Below are positions 7,145-16,332 of a stretch of DNA of 18,473 nucleotides, in pieces (position 1 is the first letter of the stretch; each line of letters opens with the position of its first letter). Under the pieces are notes generated by a model. It made no database searches and was not told the origin of the DNA. It saw nothing but the letters and a program-made list of their open reading frames with translations. The stretch is taken from assembly GCA_049509455.1 (NCBI GenBank), contig JBEKZX010000030.1, forward strand, positions 1 to 18,473, read 5' to 3'. A program made the position numbers and the translations under genes. The DNA comes from Conexivisphaerales archaeon (GTDB lineage: Archaea; Thermoproteota; Nitrososphaeria; Conexivisphaerales; DTJL01).

Positions 7145-7858
7145 GTGACCAAGCCGTCGGAGAGGAAGATCGTCGTAACAAGGAACGGCCCCTTCATAGT
7201 CTCAGGGAACGTCCCGCTCGCCATATGGAGCATCATCCCCGGCAGGGACGGGATTTCGTGGGAATGGAAGGAGGGGAGGTCGTTCGACACCGAAGACGAG
7301 TACGCCCTCTGCCGGTGCGGCGGCTCGAAAGAGGAGCCCTTCTGCGATGGCACCCACGCCAAGATCAAGTTCAACGGGAAGGAGACGGCCAGCCGGTTCC
7401 CCTTCGCTGACCAGGCGAGGATCTTCGATGGGCCGACACTGACCCTGAGCGACGCGGAGGAGCTCTGCGCCCTAGCCCGTTTCTGTGACGCGGAAGGGGG
7501 GATCTGGAGGCTGACCAAGAAGACCGACGACCCGAAGGCCCGCGACCTCGTCATCCGCGAGGCGAACTACTGCCCGGCGGGCCGGCTGGCCGTGCAGGAC
7601 AGGAGGACCGGGAAGGAGATCGAGGAGGCGCTCCCTCTCTCCATCGGCGTGATCGAGGACCCGGGGCTCAGCCTCAGCGGGCCCCTGTGGGTACGCGGTG
7701 GGATAAGGATCGAGTCCCATAATGGAAAGCCTTACGAGGTGCGGAACCGGGTGACGCTCTGCCGCTGCGGGGCCTCCATGAACAAGCCCCTTTGCGACCG
7801 CGCCCACGTGGACATCGAGTTCCGGGACGGGCTCGTCGAGTTCGAGGAAACTAAGTAG
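7145..7858 (+). CDS. CDGSH iron-sulfur domain protein (two CDGSH motifs flanking a divergent ferredoxin-like domain)
   Basis: LCRCGGSKEEPFCDGTH and LCRCGASMNKPLCDRAH, both keeping the 3Cys-1His ligands. Central ELCALARFC...CPAGRL. Confidence 0.9.
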   Translation: MTKPSERKIVVTRNGPFIVSGNVPLAIWSIIPGRDGISWEWKEGRSFDTEDEYALCRCGGSKEEPFCDGTHAKIKFNGKETASRFPFADQARIFDGPTLTLSDAEELCALARFCDAEGGIWRLTKKTDDPKARDLVIREANYCPAGRLAVQDRRTGKEIEEALPLSIGVIEDPGLSLSGPLWVRGGIRIESHNGKPYEVRNRVTLCRCGASMNKPLCDRAHVDIEFRDGLVEFEETK

Positions 7859-8065
7859 GATGAAAAGAGAAGGGCGTCCCTTCCACTTCCTCCTGTCCAG
7901 ATTTGCGCCCGGCCGATTCATCTCAGCTCCCTGGCAGCCTCGTCTCTGGACAGCTGGCCGCGTTCTACCGGTGAGCATGGTCAATGCTTTTCGGGGAAAA
8001 GGGAATGAGGACCTCTATCCGGCTCAGGACCGAGCCCCATAGGGGGGATGTACTTCAGTGCCTCT

Positions 8066-8431
8066 TTACTTCGAAGAGGCGAACTTATGCAACCGGTCGA
8101 CGCGCGTCCTGACCATCGAGCTTAACATCCCCTTGAGCTCACCGGGAGAGATGTCCTTGCCGCGCAACGCGGCGACCTGGTCCGCCAGCGACCTATCTCC
8201 CAGCATCCTGAACCAACTTTCAAAGTCTCCACGTTCGACGTGGAACTTGATGGAGGACGAGTCGACGCTTTCCACGACGGCGGCAAATTCGTCCAGGCTC
8301 CCTGAGGCAACACCGAGAGGTTGCCCGACTTCTCTGTAGAAACAGAATGCCTTGTCAGGCGTCACTGTTCTGAGTGCGTTGGTTGCCGCGTTTCTTCTAA
8401 CGTTCTTGTCAGTCACGCGCATCTCTGACAT
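8066..8431 (-). CDS. DUF5752-like protein
   Basis: Family-like pattern AFCFY...G..SLDEF...V...SI.FH..RGDFE.W.R..GD..LA. The real start may be the ATG at 8422. Confidence 0.75.
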   Translation of the reverse strand: MSEMRVTDKNVRRNAATNALRTVTPDKAFCFYREVGQPLGVASGSLDEFAAVVESVDSSSIKFHVERGDFESWFRMLGDRSLADQVAALRGKDISPGELKGMLSSMVRTRVDRLHKFASSK

Positions 8432-8559
8432 CCTCGCTCATTTAAGGGTGCGAAGGCAGGATGTGATGGGTCACGTATCTATTCTGGGACCCAAGGCCTA
8501 GGCGAACCCGAGGTCTGACGGGGTCCCCTAACGGATGGGCAGCAAAGCAGAAATCCGAC

Positions 8560-8976
8560 TTGCTGAATCATCGGATCGTGTTTTCCGTAGAAGAGGTCGC
8601 ATATCTGAAGACCCAACGCCTTGCGAGGGTTGCCACCGTGTCGCCGAAGGGCCAGCCTGAAGTCTCACCCGTGGCCTTTGAGTTTGACGGCGCGTATTTC
8701 TGGATCGGGAGCCACGACCAATCCTTCTTCTCCAAGAATCAGCGATACAGAAACATCACCAGAGGGAACGCGAAGGTCGCGCTTGTGATAGACGACCTGA
8801 AGTCGATAGACCCTTGGAGGCTGCGGGGAATCAAGGTACTGGGGACGGCGGAGAAGCTGGAGCATGATGGTATCTTCGGAAAGAGGAGCTACTTTCGTAT
8901 CTCCCCAAGGGTCTCCGTCAGCTGGGGAATAGAGAAGTCCAAGGACGGACGGCAGCGTTCACGGAAGGTCCACTGA
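8560..8976 (+). CDS. PPOX-class (pyridoxamine 5'-phosphate oxidase-like) F420-dependent oxidoreductase
   Basis: YLKTQRLARVATVSPKGQPEVSPVAFEFDG...RNI....KVALVIDD...PW..RGI...GTAE. The start is probably the GTG at 8578 (MFSVEEVAYL). Confidence 0.85.
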   Translation: MLNHRIVFSVEEVAYLKTQRLARVATVSPKGQPEVSPVAFEFDGAYFWIGSHDQSFFSKNQRYRNITRGNAKVALVIDDLKSIDPWRLRGIKVLGTAEKLEHDGIFGKRSYFRISPRVSVSWGIEKSKDGRQRSRKVH

Positions 8977-9084
8977 AGTCTTCGTTCTTGATTGGCGGTT
9001 GCCGCTGTCACATCTTGCGGCGGACCCCGGTGGCATCGTAGACGCCTGCAAGGCGGTCGGAATTGCGCATCAATCATGGTCATT

Positions 9085-9327
9085 CTACGAGCGTGTCCTA
9101 AGGAGATACAGGGCTATGGACACGATCGAGATGACTAAGAGAATGGGCGAAGTAGCGAAGTAGAAGCCGTCACTCCTGTAGACCCACAGGATTATGGGTG
9201 GCAGTTTCTCAACCGATGGAACGAACCTTGCAAGCAGAGGGACGGCGAGAAATATCACCCCGATCACTATGAGAATCAGCCCCGGAATCACAAAGGCTTG
9301 GTAGGGGTTGGTGTCGACCATGGTCAT
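9085..9327 (-). CDS. Small two-TM membrane protein (80 aa)
   Basis: Two hydrophobic helices separated by LPPIILWVYRSDGFYFATSP. Compact ORF filling the space between two clear genes. Confidence 0.7.
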   Translation of the reverse strand: MTMVDTNPYQAFVIPGLILIVIGVIFLAVPLLARFVPSVEKLPPIILWVYRSDGFYFATSPILLVISIVSIALYLLRTRS

Positions 9328-9579
9328 CAGCCTACTCTCCCGGTTCTCCTTCGTTCGAATCTCAGGTTGACCTTTAAGCTTTGATGATCCCCGGCACCTA
9401 TCTAAGAGACAGATTCATTCATCTTCGGCCATCAAACCTGACAGGGCCAGCCAAGGAGAGCTGCGACGCAGGCGTACGACCGGACGTTCCCAACGTCGAC
9501 CACGCCAAGGGCGGTCTGCAAATCCATATAACCTCAGATGCGCATCGGACAGAGACCGAAAGAAGGAGCCTGATCATCT

Positions 9580-10200
9580 GTGCGCCAGATGTTCTTCAAG
9601 CAGATCAAGAAGGCCGGAGACAACTTCTCCTACGTTGTGGCGGATGAGTTGACCAAGGAGGCGGCCGTGATCGACCCGAGCCGGAACGGCAAGGAGATAG
9701 CTCACCTTCTGACCGAGGGCGGCTTGAAACTGAAGTATGTCCTGCTCACGCATCATCACCCCGATCATCTTGGCGACAGCTACGAGCTCAGGTCGGCCGC
9801 AGGCGGCCTGCTGGTCGCCCACGGCGCTAGCGACGTCAAGAAGGACCTGGCGGTCGTCGACGGAGATGTGCTCAGCGTGGGATCGATTCGCCTTAAAGTG
9901 ATTCACACACCGGGCCACACGCCTGACAGCATCTGCATCCTTGCCGACGGGAAACTCATGACCGGGGACACCCTCTTCGTAGGGGAGTGTGGGAGGACGG
10001 ATCTGCCGGGAGGAGACCCCTCAGAGATGTATGACAGCCTGTTTCACAAGATAGCACGGTTGGATGACAAGACGGAAGTGTATCCTGGTCACGACTATGG
10101 CCCTACACCATCCTCCACACTTGGGGAGGAGATGAAAACCAACTACACACTGAAGGAACGCACCCTCGAGGAGTTCGTCAAGTTCATGGCCGAACCATAG
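9580..10200 (+). CDS. MBL-fold metallo-hydrolase (glyoxalase II / ETHE1-like)
   Basis: THHHPDHLGD (HxHxDH), HTPGHTPDS, GDTLF and PGHDYG. The start may be the ATG at 9589. Confidence 0.93.
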   Translation: MRQMFFKQIKKAGDNFSYVVADELTKEAAVIDPSRNGKEIAHLLTEGGLKLKYVLLTHHHPDHLGDSYELRSAAGGLLVAHGASDVKKDLAVVDGDVLSVGSIRLKVIHTPGHTPDSICILADGKLMTGDTLFVGECGRTDLPGGDPSEMYDSLFHKIARLDDKTEVYPGHDYGPTPSSTLGEEMKTNYTLKERTLEEFVKFMAEP

Positions 10201-10310
10201 GCCGCATCTGGCGCTCGGGACGTCATACCATTGCGGACATTGTTGAATGTCGTCCCGCGTCTGTCTTTTGCCCGTTGCGTGTTGATATGACATGTTCTGG
10301 GAGATAGCGC

Positions 10311-10697
10311 CTACCGACGAAGAGCCTTGGACAGGATTCCTTTGCCTAAATCCATAGCTTCGAGCTTCTCCCTAAGAGGATTGAGGATGGCTTCTGGTGT
10401 GACTGGCCCACCCTCCCATTCGAATTCGATGAAGCCGGATACGTAGGATGCGGGCAAGACGACTGGAGGATTCCCAACCAATCCAATGATCGTGGCCCTT
10501 ATGCTTGCCGTCAGCTTCTTGGGGTCGGCGTTCCTATGAGCCTTGACGGTCAACCTGAAGCCCGATTTCGTTTTGCCCAAGAAATCCATTGACCCTCCCG
10601 AGACGAAATCCTTTCCCAGTGTCTTCGAGGCTTTCTCTTCGATAGTAAGCCTAATCCAGAGACCATCTTTAGACAGGAAGGAAGCTTCTGCACTCAT
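10311..10697 (-). CDS. Hypothetical protein (128 aa)
   Basis: ATG preceded by GAGAGG, TTAAAA about 35-40 nt upstream, and natural amino-acid composition. No recognised motif. Confidence 0.65.
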   Translation of the reverse strand: MSAEASFLSKDGLWIRLTIEEKASKTLGKDFVSGGSMDFLGKTKSGFRLTVKAHRNADPKKLTASIRATIIGLVGNPPVVLPASYVSGFIEFEWEGGPVTPEAILNPLREKLEAMDLGKGILSKALRR

Positions 10698-10999
10698 CCT
10701 CTCGGAACCTTTAGACGAGTCGCCTCTTCACGGTTTTAACGGTTTCCTTCTTGTACCCGCGCGAAGATAGGGCCTGATTGGAACGGGTGCCAGCGGGCGT
10801 CCTGGCCGTTAAGCTCAGCCGGACGCTCAGCAAGAACAACGGCGCATAGCAAGTTAGTGAAATGGTAAACTACACTCAAGGGGTCGGCCAGCCCGTCAGT
10901 GAACATCTCAATTGTCAGCCGCCTGTAGACCACCCTGACCTTGACACATGGTAGGCTTCTGGCGACTTGCGGCAGGCCATTTATGAGGAATATAATGGG

Positions 11000-11197
11000 C
11001 TACGACATCACGGCGACCATCCGGTAGTTCTCTTCCATGAACTTCACATATAGCTCCGCTTGGTCGATCGTGCCAACGGGCTCGCTCCTGTCTCCCTCCT
11101 GAACCCATACAAGCCCTTTGCAGTCCTCGTAGAGCAAGGAGTAGATGTAGCTGACTTTCTGCAGTCGCTCGTTAAGTCTCTCCAGGGTCTCGCTCAT
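11000..11197 (-). CDS. Small hypothetical protein (65 aa, MSETLERLNERLQKV...)
   Basis: TTTATA at 11229-11224 sits 27-32 nt upstream of the ATG at 11197, which is preferred over the track's TTG at 11206. Confidence 0.6.
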   Translation of the reverse strand: MSETLERLNERLQKVSYIYSLLYEDCKGLVWVQEGDRSEPVGTIDQAELYVKFMEENYRMVAVMS

Positions 11198-11333
11198 CGC
11201 CTTCAATAATCGGGGGTTCCACGTATAAACCGCTAGGACCGCCGGTCGTTACTTCGGCTGATGTCGAACGAGGAAATCTAGAGGGTATTCTCGAGCCGAA
11301 GTTACCCGCCGGATTCCGAAGGGATCGACGCAG

Positions 11334-13280
11334 TCAGGCGCCTAGTCCCATCTTCTTCAACAATGCCGTATACCTCGGGTCTGACCGGATGGGGTCGAAA
11401 CGGGGTTCGACCTTTAGATCCTGGAGCCCCTCCGACCTCTCCCTATAGGCTACCTCCAACCACTCAAAGGCTGCATCTATCTCACCCAGGCACATATGCG
11501 CAGCCGCCATCTCCGAGGGGGATATGTAGTGCTCGCCCCTGATTGATTCGGCTTCCTTCAATGTCCTCCGCGCGTCCTGCTCCCTCCCGAGGAATGCATA
11601 CAACCGTGCCCACTCTCCTTTCGCCGCGACGACATCACCGAATAGTTCTTTGAGCCGAGGAACGAGAGCTGTCGCCTCCTTGACCATGGATGCTTGAATG
11701 TACTCCTCTACCAGATTGAAGTATGCGGCTATGAAATCAGGCTCCATCTCGAGCGCCTTCTTATGCGCCTCAATCGCCCGGTCGTACTCCCGCCTATAGT
11801 GGTAGACGACCCCCATGCAGGTGATTACCATCGGTGAGAGCGGGTCGAGCTCGTGCGCTCTCCTGATTTCGATCAGAGATTCGTCGAGCCTGCCCAGAGC
11901 TGAAAGGAGGATGGAGTACCAGTGGTGGGCGGTCGCGTAGCTCGGGTTGAGCTCGATTGCCCTTCTGAACTCCATCTCTGCCCTTGACCATTCCCACCTG
12001 TCCATCAGGATGGCCCCGAAAGCCGTGTGAGCCTCGCCTAGCTCATCGTCTATCTTCAGAGCCTTGGCCACGTTTTGCTCCGCTTTCGGGAGGCCCTCAG
12101 CCAAGCCCATGTATTCAAAGCTTACGAGCCCGATGCAGGCGTCGGCGATCCCGACGTAAGCAAGGGCATAGAGGGGATCCTTTTCGATGGCGTGTTCGAA
12201 GTACTGGATCGCCTTCTTCAATCCCTCTTCGCTCCTTTCGTTCCAGTAGTACCTTCCTTTCAGATACAGCGTGTGGGCTTCCATGTCTTTCGTCGGTTCC
12301 TTCTGTATCTTCTCCCTGTCTCCTGTCAGAAGCCGAACTCTGAGCGCCTCGGCGACCTTCTCGGCGATCTCGCTCTGGATCGCGAAGATGTCGTCAAGTT
12401 CCCTGTCGTAGTTCTGGGCCCAGATGTGCCCGTCGTTCCGGGCGTCGATGAGCTGGACGCTTATCCTCACCTTGTTCCCGGCCTTCCTGACGCTCCCCTC
12501 CAGCACCGTCCCCACGGACAGCTCGCGCCCGATATCCAAGACCTTCTTGGGGGCCTTCTTGTATTGCATCACGCTGGTCCTCGCGATGACCGTGAGCTCC
12601 CTGACGCCCGCCAGCGTCATGATGAGCTCCTCAGTCATGCCGTCGGCGAAGTACTCGTCGTTGGGGTCGGGGCTCATGTTCTGGAGAGGCAGCACGGCGA
12701 TCCTCCGCGTGTCAAGCTCGACCTCCTCCTTCGTCGAGCTGGCCTCCCAGGGCATCACAATCCTGTAGACGTCGATAGGCGTCTTGACGTTCTTCAGCGT
12801 CCTCTGCTCCAACTTCTCCAAGGGGAGCTCCATCTTGTTCCTGACCTGGTCGTAGATCTGCTCAGATATGCAGACGCCGCTGGGGGCCGCGAGCGGCCCG
12901 ATGCGAGAGGAAATGTTGACCGCGTCGCCGAGGATGTCCCCCTCTCTCTCCACCACGTCGCCCAGGTGGACCCCGACGCGGAGCTCCAGCCTCTTCCCCT
13001 CCGGGAGGGAGACGTTCCTCGCGTGCATCTCCTCCTGGATATCGACCGAACAGCGAACCGCGTCGAGGGCGCTCTGGAACTCGACCAGGAAGGCGTCCCC
13101 CATCGTCTTGATCTCCTTGCCGTTGAACCTCGGGAAGATGGAGCGCAGGATCCGCCGGTTCTCCTCCAGGGAGGCGAGCGCGTGGTCCTCGTTCGCCTGG
13201 GCGAGGGCCGTGTAGCCGACGATGTCGGTGAACATGATCGCGGCAAGCCTCCGTTCTCCCTGTAACAACGGAAGGACCAT
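11334..13280 (-). CDS. Class III adenylate/guanylate cyclase - TolB-like - TPR protein
   Basis: Cyclase motifs AAIMFTDIVGYT, KTMGDAFLVEF and GDILGDAVNISSRI. TolB-like IAVLPLQNMSPDPNDEYFADGMTEELI. C-terminal TPR repeats. TTTTAT at -27..-22. Confidence 0.93.
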   Translation of the reverse strand: MVLPLLQGERRLAAIMFTDIVGYTALAQANEDHALASLEENRRILRSIFPRFNGKEIKTMGDAFLVEFQSALDAVRCSVDIQEEMHARNVSLPEGKRLELRVGVHLGDVVEREGDILGDAVNISSRIGPLAAPSGVCISEQIYDQVRNKMELPLEKLEQRTLKNVKTPIDVYRIVMPWEASSTKEEVELDTRRIAVLPLQNMSPDPNDEYFADGMTEELIMTLAGVRELTVIARTSVMQYKKAPKKVLDIGRELSVGTVLEGSVRKAGNKVRISVQLIDARNDGHIWAQNYDRELDDIFAIQSEIAEKVAEALRVRLLTGDREKIQKEPTKDMEAHTLYLKGRYYWNERSEEGLKKAIQYFEHAIEKDPLYALAYVGIADACIGLVSFEYMGLAEGLPKAEQNVAKALKIDDELGEAHTAFGAILMDRWEWSRAEMEFRRAIELNPSYATAHHWYSILLSALGRLDESLIEIRRAHELDPLSPMVITCMGVVYHYRREYDRAIEAHKKALEMEPDFIAAYFNLVEEYIQASMVKEATALVPRLKELFGDVVAAKGEWARLYAFLGREQDARRTLKEAESIRGEHYISPSEMAAAHMCLGEIDAAFEWLEVAYRERSEGLQDLKVEPRFDPIRSDPRYTALLKKMGLGA

Positions 13281-13349
13281 GAATGAATAGAGGTGAGTCG
13301 CATAAAACCGTTATGGGCAGAACTCGGCCAGACGCAGAGGCCGGCCTGG

Positions 13350-14150
13350 CTACATCTCTCCCCCGCGACGAACCGTCCAGAAGTCGTCAGATAGATTGCG
13401 ATCCCCTAGGTATTCGTAGGGGATCGTGAAGTACCCGCTCATCCCCCATTTCGGCCCCCAAGAATTCCTGACGATGAACCTTTGCTGGGAATCATCGTAG
13501 CCGACCCCGACCACGGCATGCCCGCCCACCACCTTTTCCCCGGGCTGAGGCATCGGCACGACTCCTGTGTCTGCTACCGGCTGTGATTCGAAGCTCTGGT
13601 AGGCCGTGAAGCCGAACACGAAGGGGTATCCCTCGGCCAGGCACGCTCGCATGTCGTCGGTGATGAGGATGCGGTGATACGACGTAATCTCGTGCCTCTG
13701 CGCCTCCTTGTAGGAGGCTGCGCTGGGCTTGACGCGGAACTTGGAGATGATGTACGGCCAGGTGCTCTCCAAGCACACGCCCTGCTTCGCCAGCGTCTTC
13801 ATGCCGTCACGAAGCGTCGCCCCGGAATCCGAGTTCACCGTGTTTTCGATGGCCCGTTCATCGTAGTAGATGAAAAGCCTGCTGAGATACACCAGCGGAA
13901 GCCCGTCCTTCAGTTCAAGGAACTCCAGATCCCCGGCGAGGGCGTTGGCGGAGCAGCTTCCAAGCTGCCCCTGGTTCGCAACCGGCGGACATGCGGGTCT
14001 CAAATCGACCTTCGGAGGAAGCTTTGGCGGCGCTACCCTGATCGCGCTGTAAAGGAAATCACGTTGATCCGGGATGTCTGGCACCCATCCGTAGCGGCCC
14101 TTGACTGAGTTCGGTCTGCTCAATTGGGATTCAAACCATCCAATTATCAT
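13350..14150 (-). CDS. Papain-like cysteine peptidase (family C1), no evident signal peptide
   Basis: NQGQLGSCSANA (oxyanion Gln and catalytic Cys), GGHAVVGVGYDD (His) and VRNSWG (Asn). Exact start uncertain. Confidence 0.93.
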   Translation of the reverse strand: MIIGWFESQLSRPNSVKGRYGWVPDIPDQRDFLYSAIRVAPPKLPPKVDLRPACPPVANQGQLGSCSANALAGDLEFLELKDGLPLVYLSRLFIYYDERAIENTVNSDSGATLRDGMKTLAKQGVCLESTWPYIISKFRVKPSAASYKEAQRHEITSYHRILITDDMRACLAEGYPFVFGFTAYQSFESQPVADTGVVPMPQPGEKVVGGHAVVGVGYDDSQQRFIVRNSWGPKWGMSGYFTIPYEYLGDRNLSDDFWTVRRGGEM

Positions 14151-14393
14151 AAGGAAGCTGCTTTCTTATGTACTCTTCCTAACCGATTATCAAGGATGGC
14201 CTAGGTATCATATATTATTAGAGAAAAGTGCAGTCGAATCATCAAGGGTTCACGTGTGAGACTTACTTCTCCTTTTCCTCGGTTTCCGCGGGCGGAAAGG
14301 CCCTTCCCAACCCGTGCAGGGGGTCTTCATGAGCGAGCACGTCGACCGGGACGCGCTCCTCCTGAGTACTCTATGGCCACCTTCGGCTCTGGG

Positions 14394-14510
14394 CTATGGT
14401 AGGGCCACTTGTTGTGGGTTCGCACTCGGGGCGGTGACGAGCTTGACCTTGATTTTCGCGTACTGCCAGAAGATCAAGTCCCTGACCGTCTTGACAGCCG
14501 ATGGTGGCAC
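14394..14510 (-). pseudogene. Relic 5' end of a probable HNH endonuclease gene (GTG-PPSAVKTVRDLIFWQYAKI, then unrelated sequence and a stop)
   Basis: From memory, the first 20 codons (14510-14451) resemble the N-terminus of a prokaryotic HNH nuclease family (..VKT.RDLI.(W/Y)QYAKII). No HNH motif remains, so this is unverified. Confidence 0.45.
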
Positions 14511-14613
14511 GGTTACAATGAACGCAGGACCATGGCATAAGGGTCACATATGTGGGCGGACAATCGTTCCTTAGGTGGCCTGGACAACTATAGGTGTGTT
14601 CAGGCGCTAGATA

Positions 14614-14676
14614 CTAGACTTCTACGGTGTTTCTGTCGTTGGGGTCCAGGACCTTCTTCAGCAGCTTCGTGACCTA
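14614..14676 (-). pseudogene. Truncated copy 3 of gene G 3' end (*VTKLLKKVLDPNDRNTVEV*)
   Basis: 53/60 ungapped identity to 351-410. The next codon is TAG in place of TGG (Trp) and homology stops there. Confidence 0.9.
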
Positions 14677-14709
14677 GGAGAGTCTTCTACTCTCCCGGCC
14701 ACCCTGTCG

Positions 14710-16131
14710 TCAAGTCGGCGGAGATCGAGGGTCCCGGTGACGCCTGAGAGACCGGATGATCGCATGGGCGCCCCTGAGGGAGTTCGCCAGGAACCTGCTC
14801 CTCTTCTCGAGAGCTCCGGCCAGAATCGCCTCTTCAGACACCAACTCCGCCTTCAAATCGTGGATGTCGACCTTCGGCGAGAAGAAGACATAGAGGGGTA
14901 CTCCGAGCGCGATCACGGCGGTCCCTATGAGCTTGTCCACGGAGGAGATGGAGTAGAGCAGGTAAAGGCAGATGGCCACCCCAAGGACGGGCACCACGTT
15001 CTGCCCGTGCAGCCCTCCCTCCCCCTTTTTCTTCAATCGGAAGAACGCCAGGCAGACGAGGAGGAAGGAGAAGGCCAGGTTGAAGACCGAGAACGAAATC
15101 AGGCTAGCCAGCTGCGTGTATGTTGAGAGGACCAGGGCGATGACCGCCTGGACTATCAGCGCCACGTACGGCGTCTTGAACTTGGGATGTATCCTGGCGA
15201 ACGACCTTGGAAAGAGGCCGTCCACGGCCATGGCGTAGGAAAGCCTTGCCGTCCCCAGTATGCCCGATTCGTCTGAGCCGGAGACGGAGACCAGCGCCCC
15301 CAAGCTCATGATTCCGCCGCCAAACCGCCCCAACAGGACGGAGCCGACGACGACCAATGGAACGGAGGTCGCAGCAAGCCGGCCCCAGTTCAAGGTCCCG
15401 AAGATGACGAAGTTGGTGGAGAGGTAGAATGCCATGACTATCGCCATGCCCGTGATTATCGCCTTGGGGACCGTGGCCTTAGGGTCCTTCACTTCCGCCG
15501 ATGGCAGGGTGCCCAGCTCGAATCCGACATAGGCCCAGAAGATGAGCACCAGGGCGGAGCCGAAGTTGCCCAGCCCTAGGGGAGCTAGAGGCGCGTAGTT
15601 TGAGAGGCGGCCCGGGTTGTATGCGAACGAAACTAGGCCGGCGACCACCAACAGGACGAGCGGCGACAGCTTGGCGACCGTGAGGACGTCGTTCACCCTC
15701 CCGGCTGCCTTTACGCCGACGATGTTCACCAGGGTCAGCCCGAAGAGGAAGAGCGCCTTGACGAGGAGCGATTCGGTGAAGTCGAGGTGGACGAAGTATC
15801 CCAAGTAGTTGGCAAACGTCAACGCGAAGACGGGAAGCGCGAGGACCTCGGCGATCCACATGCTCCATCCCGCCAGAAAGCCGAAGAAGTCGTTGAAGGC
15901 GGTCGAGACGTAGGCGAAGGAGCCGCCTTCCTTGGGCACGTAGTAGCTGGAGTAGGCGAAGACTAGGGCCAGCACCGTGGCCATGATGCCGGCGATCACC
16001 CAGACCACGATCGAAAAGGGGCCCACCAGGCCGGCGGTTATAGCCGACGCGATGTAGATGTCGCTGCCCACTATGGCTCCTACCACTATGTTCGTCAGGT
16101 CGAAGTAGGAGAGGTCACGCCTGAGCTCCAC
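14710..16131 (-). CDS. APC superfamily amino acid permease
   Basis: About 12 TM helices, VGAIVGSDIY (TM1 unwound motif), PKEGGSFAYV, FWAYVGFE and ARLSYAMAVDGLFP..F..IHPKFKTP. GTG start. Confidence 0.93.
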   Translation of the reverse strand: MELRRDLSYFDLTNIVVGAIVGSDIYIASAITAGLVGPFSIVVWVIAGIMATVLALVFAYSSYYVPKEGGSFAYVSTAFNDFFGFLAGWSMWIAEVLALPVFALTFANYLGYFVHLDFTESLLVKALFLFGLTLVNIVGVKAAGRVNDVLTVAKLSPLVLLVVAGLVSFAYNPGRLSNYAPLAPLGLGNFGSALVLIFWAYVGFELGTLPSAEVKDPKATVPKAIITGMAIVMAFYLSTNFVIFGTLNWGRLAATSVPLVVVGSVLLGRFGGGIMSLGALVSVSGSDESGILGTARLSYAMAVDGLFPRSFARIHPKFKTPYVALIVQAVIALVLSTYTQLASLISFSVFNLAFSFLLVCLAFFRLKKKGEGGLHGQNVVPVLGVAICLYLLYSISSVDKLIGTAVIALGVPLYVFFSPKVDIHDLKAELVSEEAILAGALEKRSRFLANSLRGAHAIIRSLRRHRDPRSPPT

Positions 16132-16208
16132 GATCGCACACGCTCACCTTGACGGGATTCGACGCTATTAGCCTTGCATCTCCCTCGACAGAGGCTGTAG
16201 GCCGCTCA

Positions 16209-16273
16209 TTCTGCACCGCCTGCGGGAAACCCTTAAGGCTAGGGCGAAGTTTTGCGGATCCTCGGGACGTCCA
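16209..16273 (+). pseudogene. Decayed zinc-ribbon fragment (FCTACGKPLRL[G]AKFCGS[S]GRP)
   Basis: The double CxxC pattern is recoverable with one 1-nt insertion, and the fourth Cys reads TCG instead of TGC. 16207-16232 matches 2029-2054 of the intact zinc-ribbon gene at 23/26. No start codon. Confidence 0.6.
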
Positions 16274-16332
16274 TCTCCTGAAGCTGCTCTGGAGCGAGCC
16301 GATGATGCCGAATCCGCTCTATTGACGACCCG

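Noticed and set aside
9332-9343. CTACTCTCCCGG also present at 14687-14698
   Set aside because: Isolated 12-mer with no flanking similarity, within chance expectation.
12075-13265. 396-aa plus-strand ORF, and similar long overlapping ORFs (1070-1627, 2084-2590, 2664-3083, 3861-4346, 4524-5207, 7078-7554, 7472-7984, 13674-14108, 14737-15126, 17344-17733)
   Set aside because: Alternative-frame or antisense shadows of well-supported genes in GC-rich DNA. The only informative part is the tail of 2664-3083, which is the gene G relic.
14314-14574. 86-aa plus-strand ORF
   Set aside because: No motifs, and it overlaps the better-supported minus-strand HNH-like relic.
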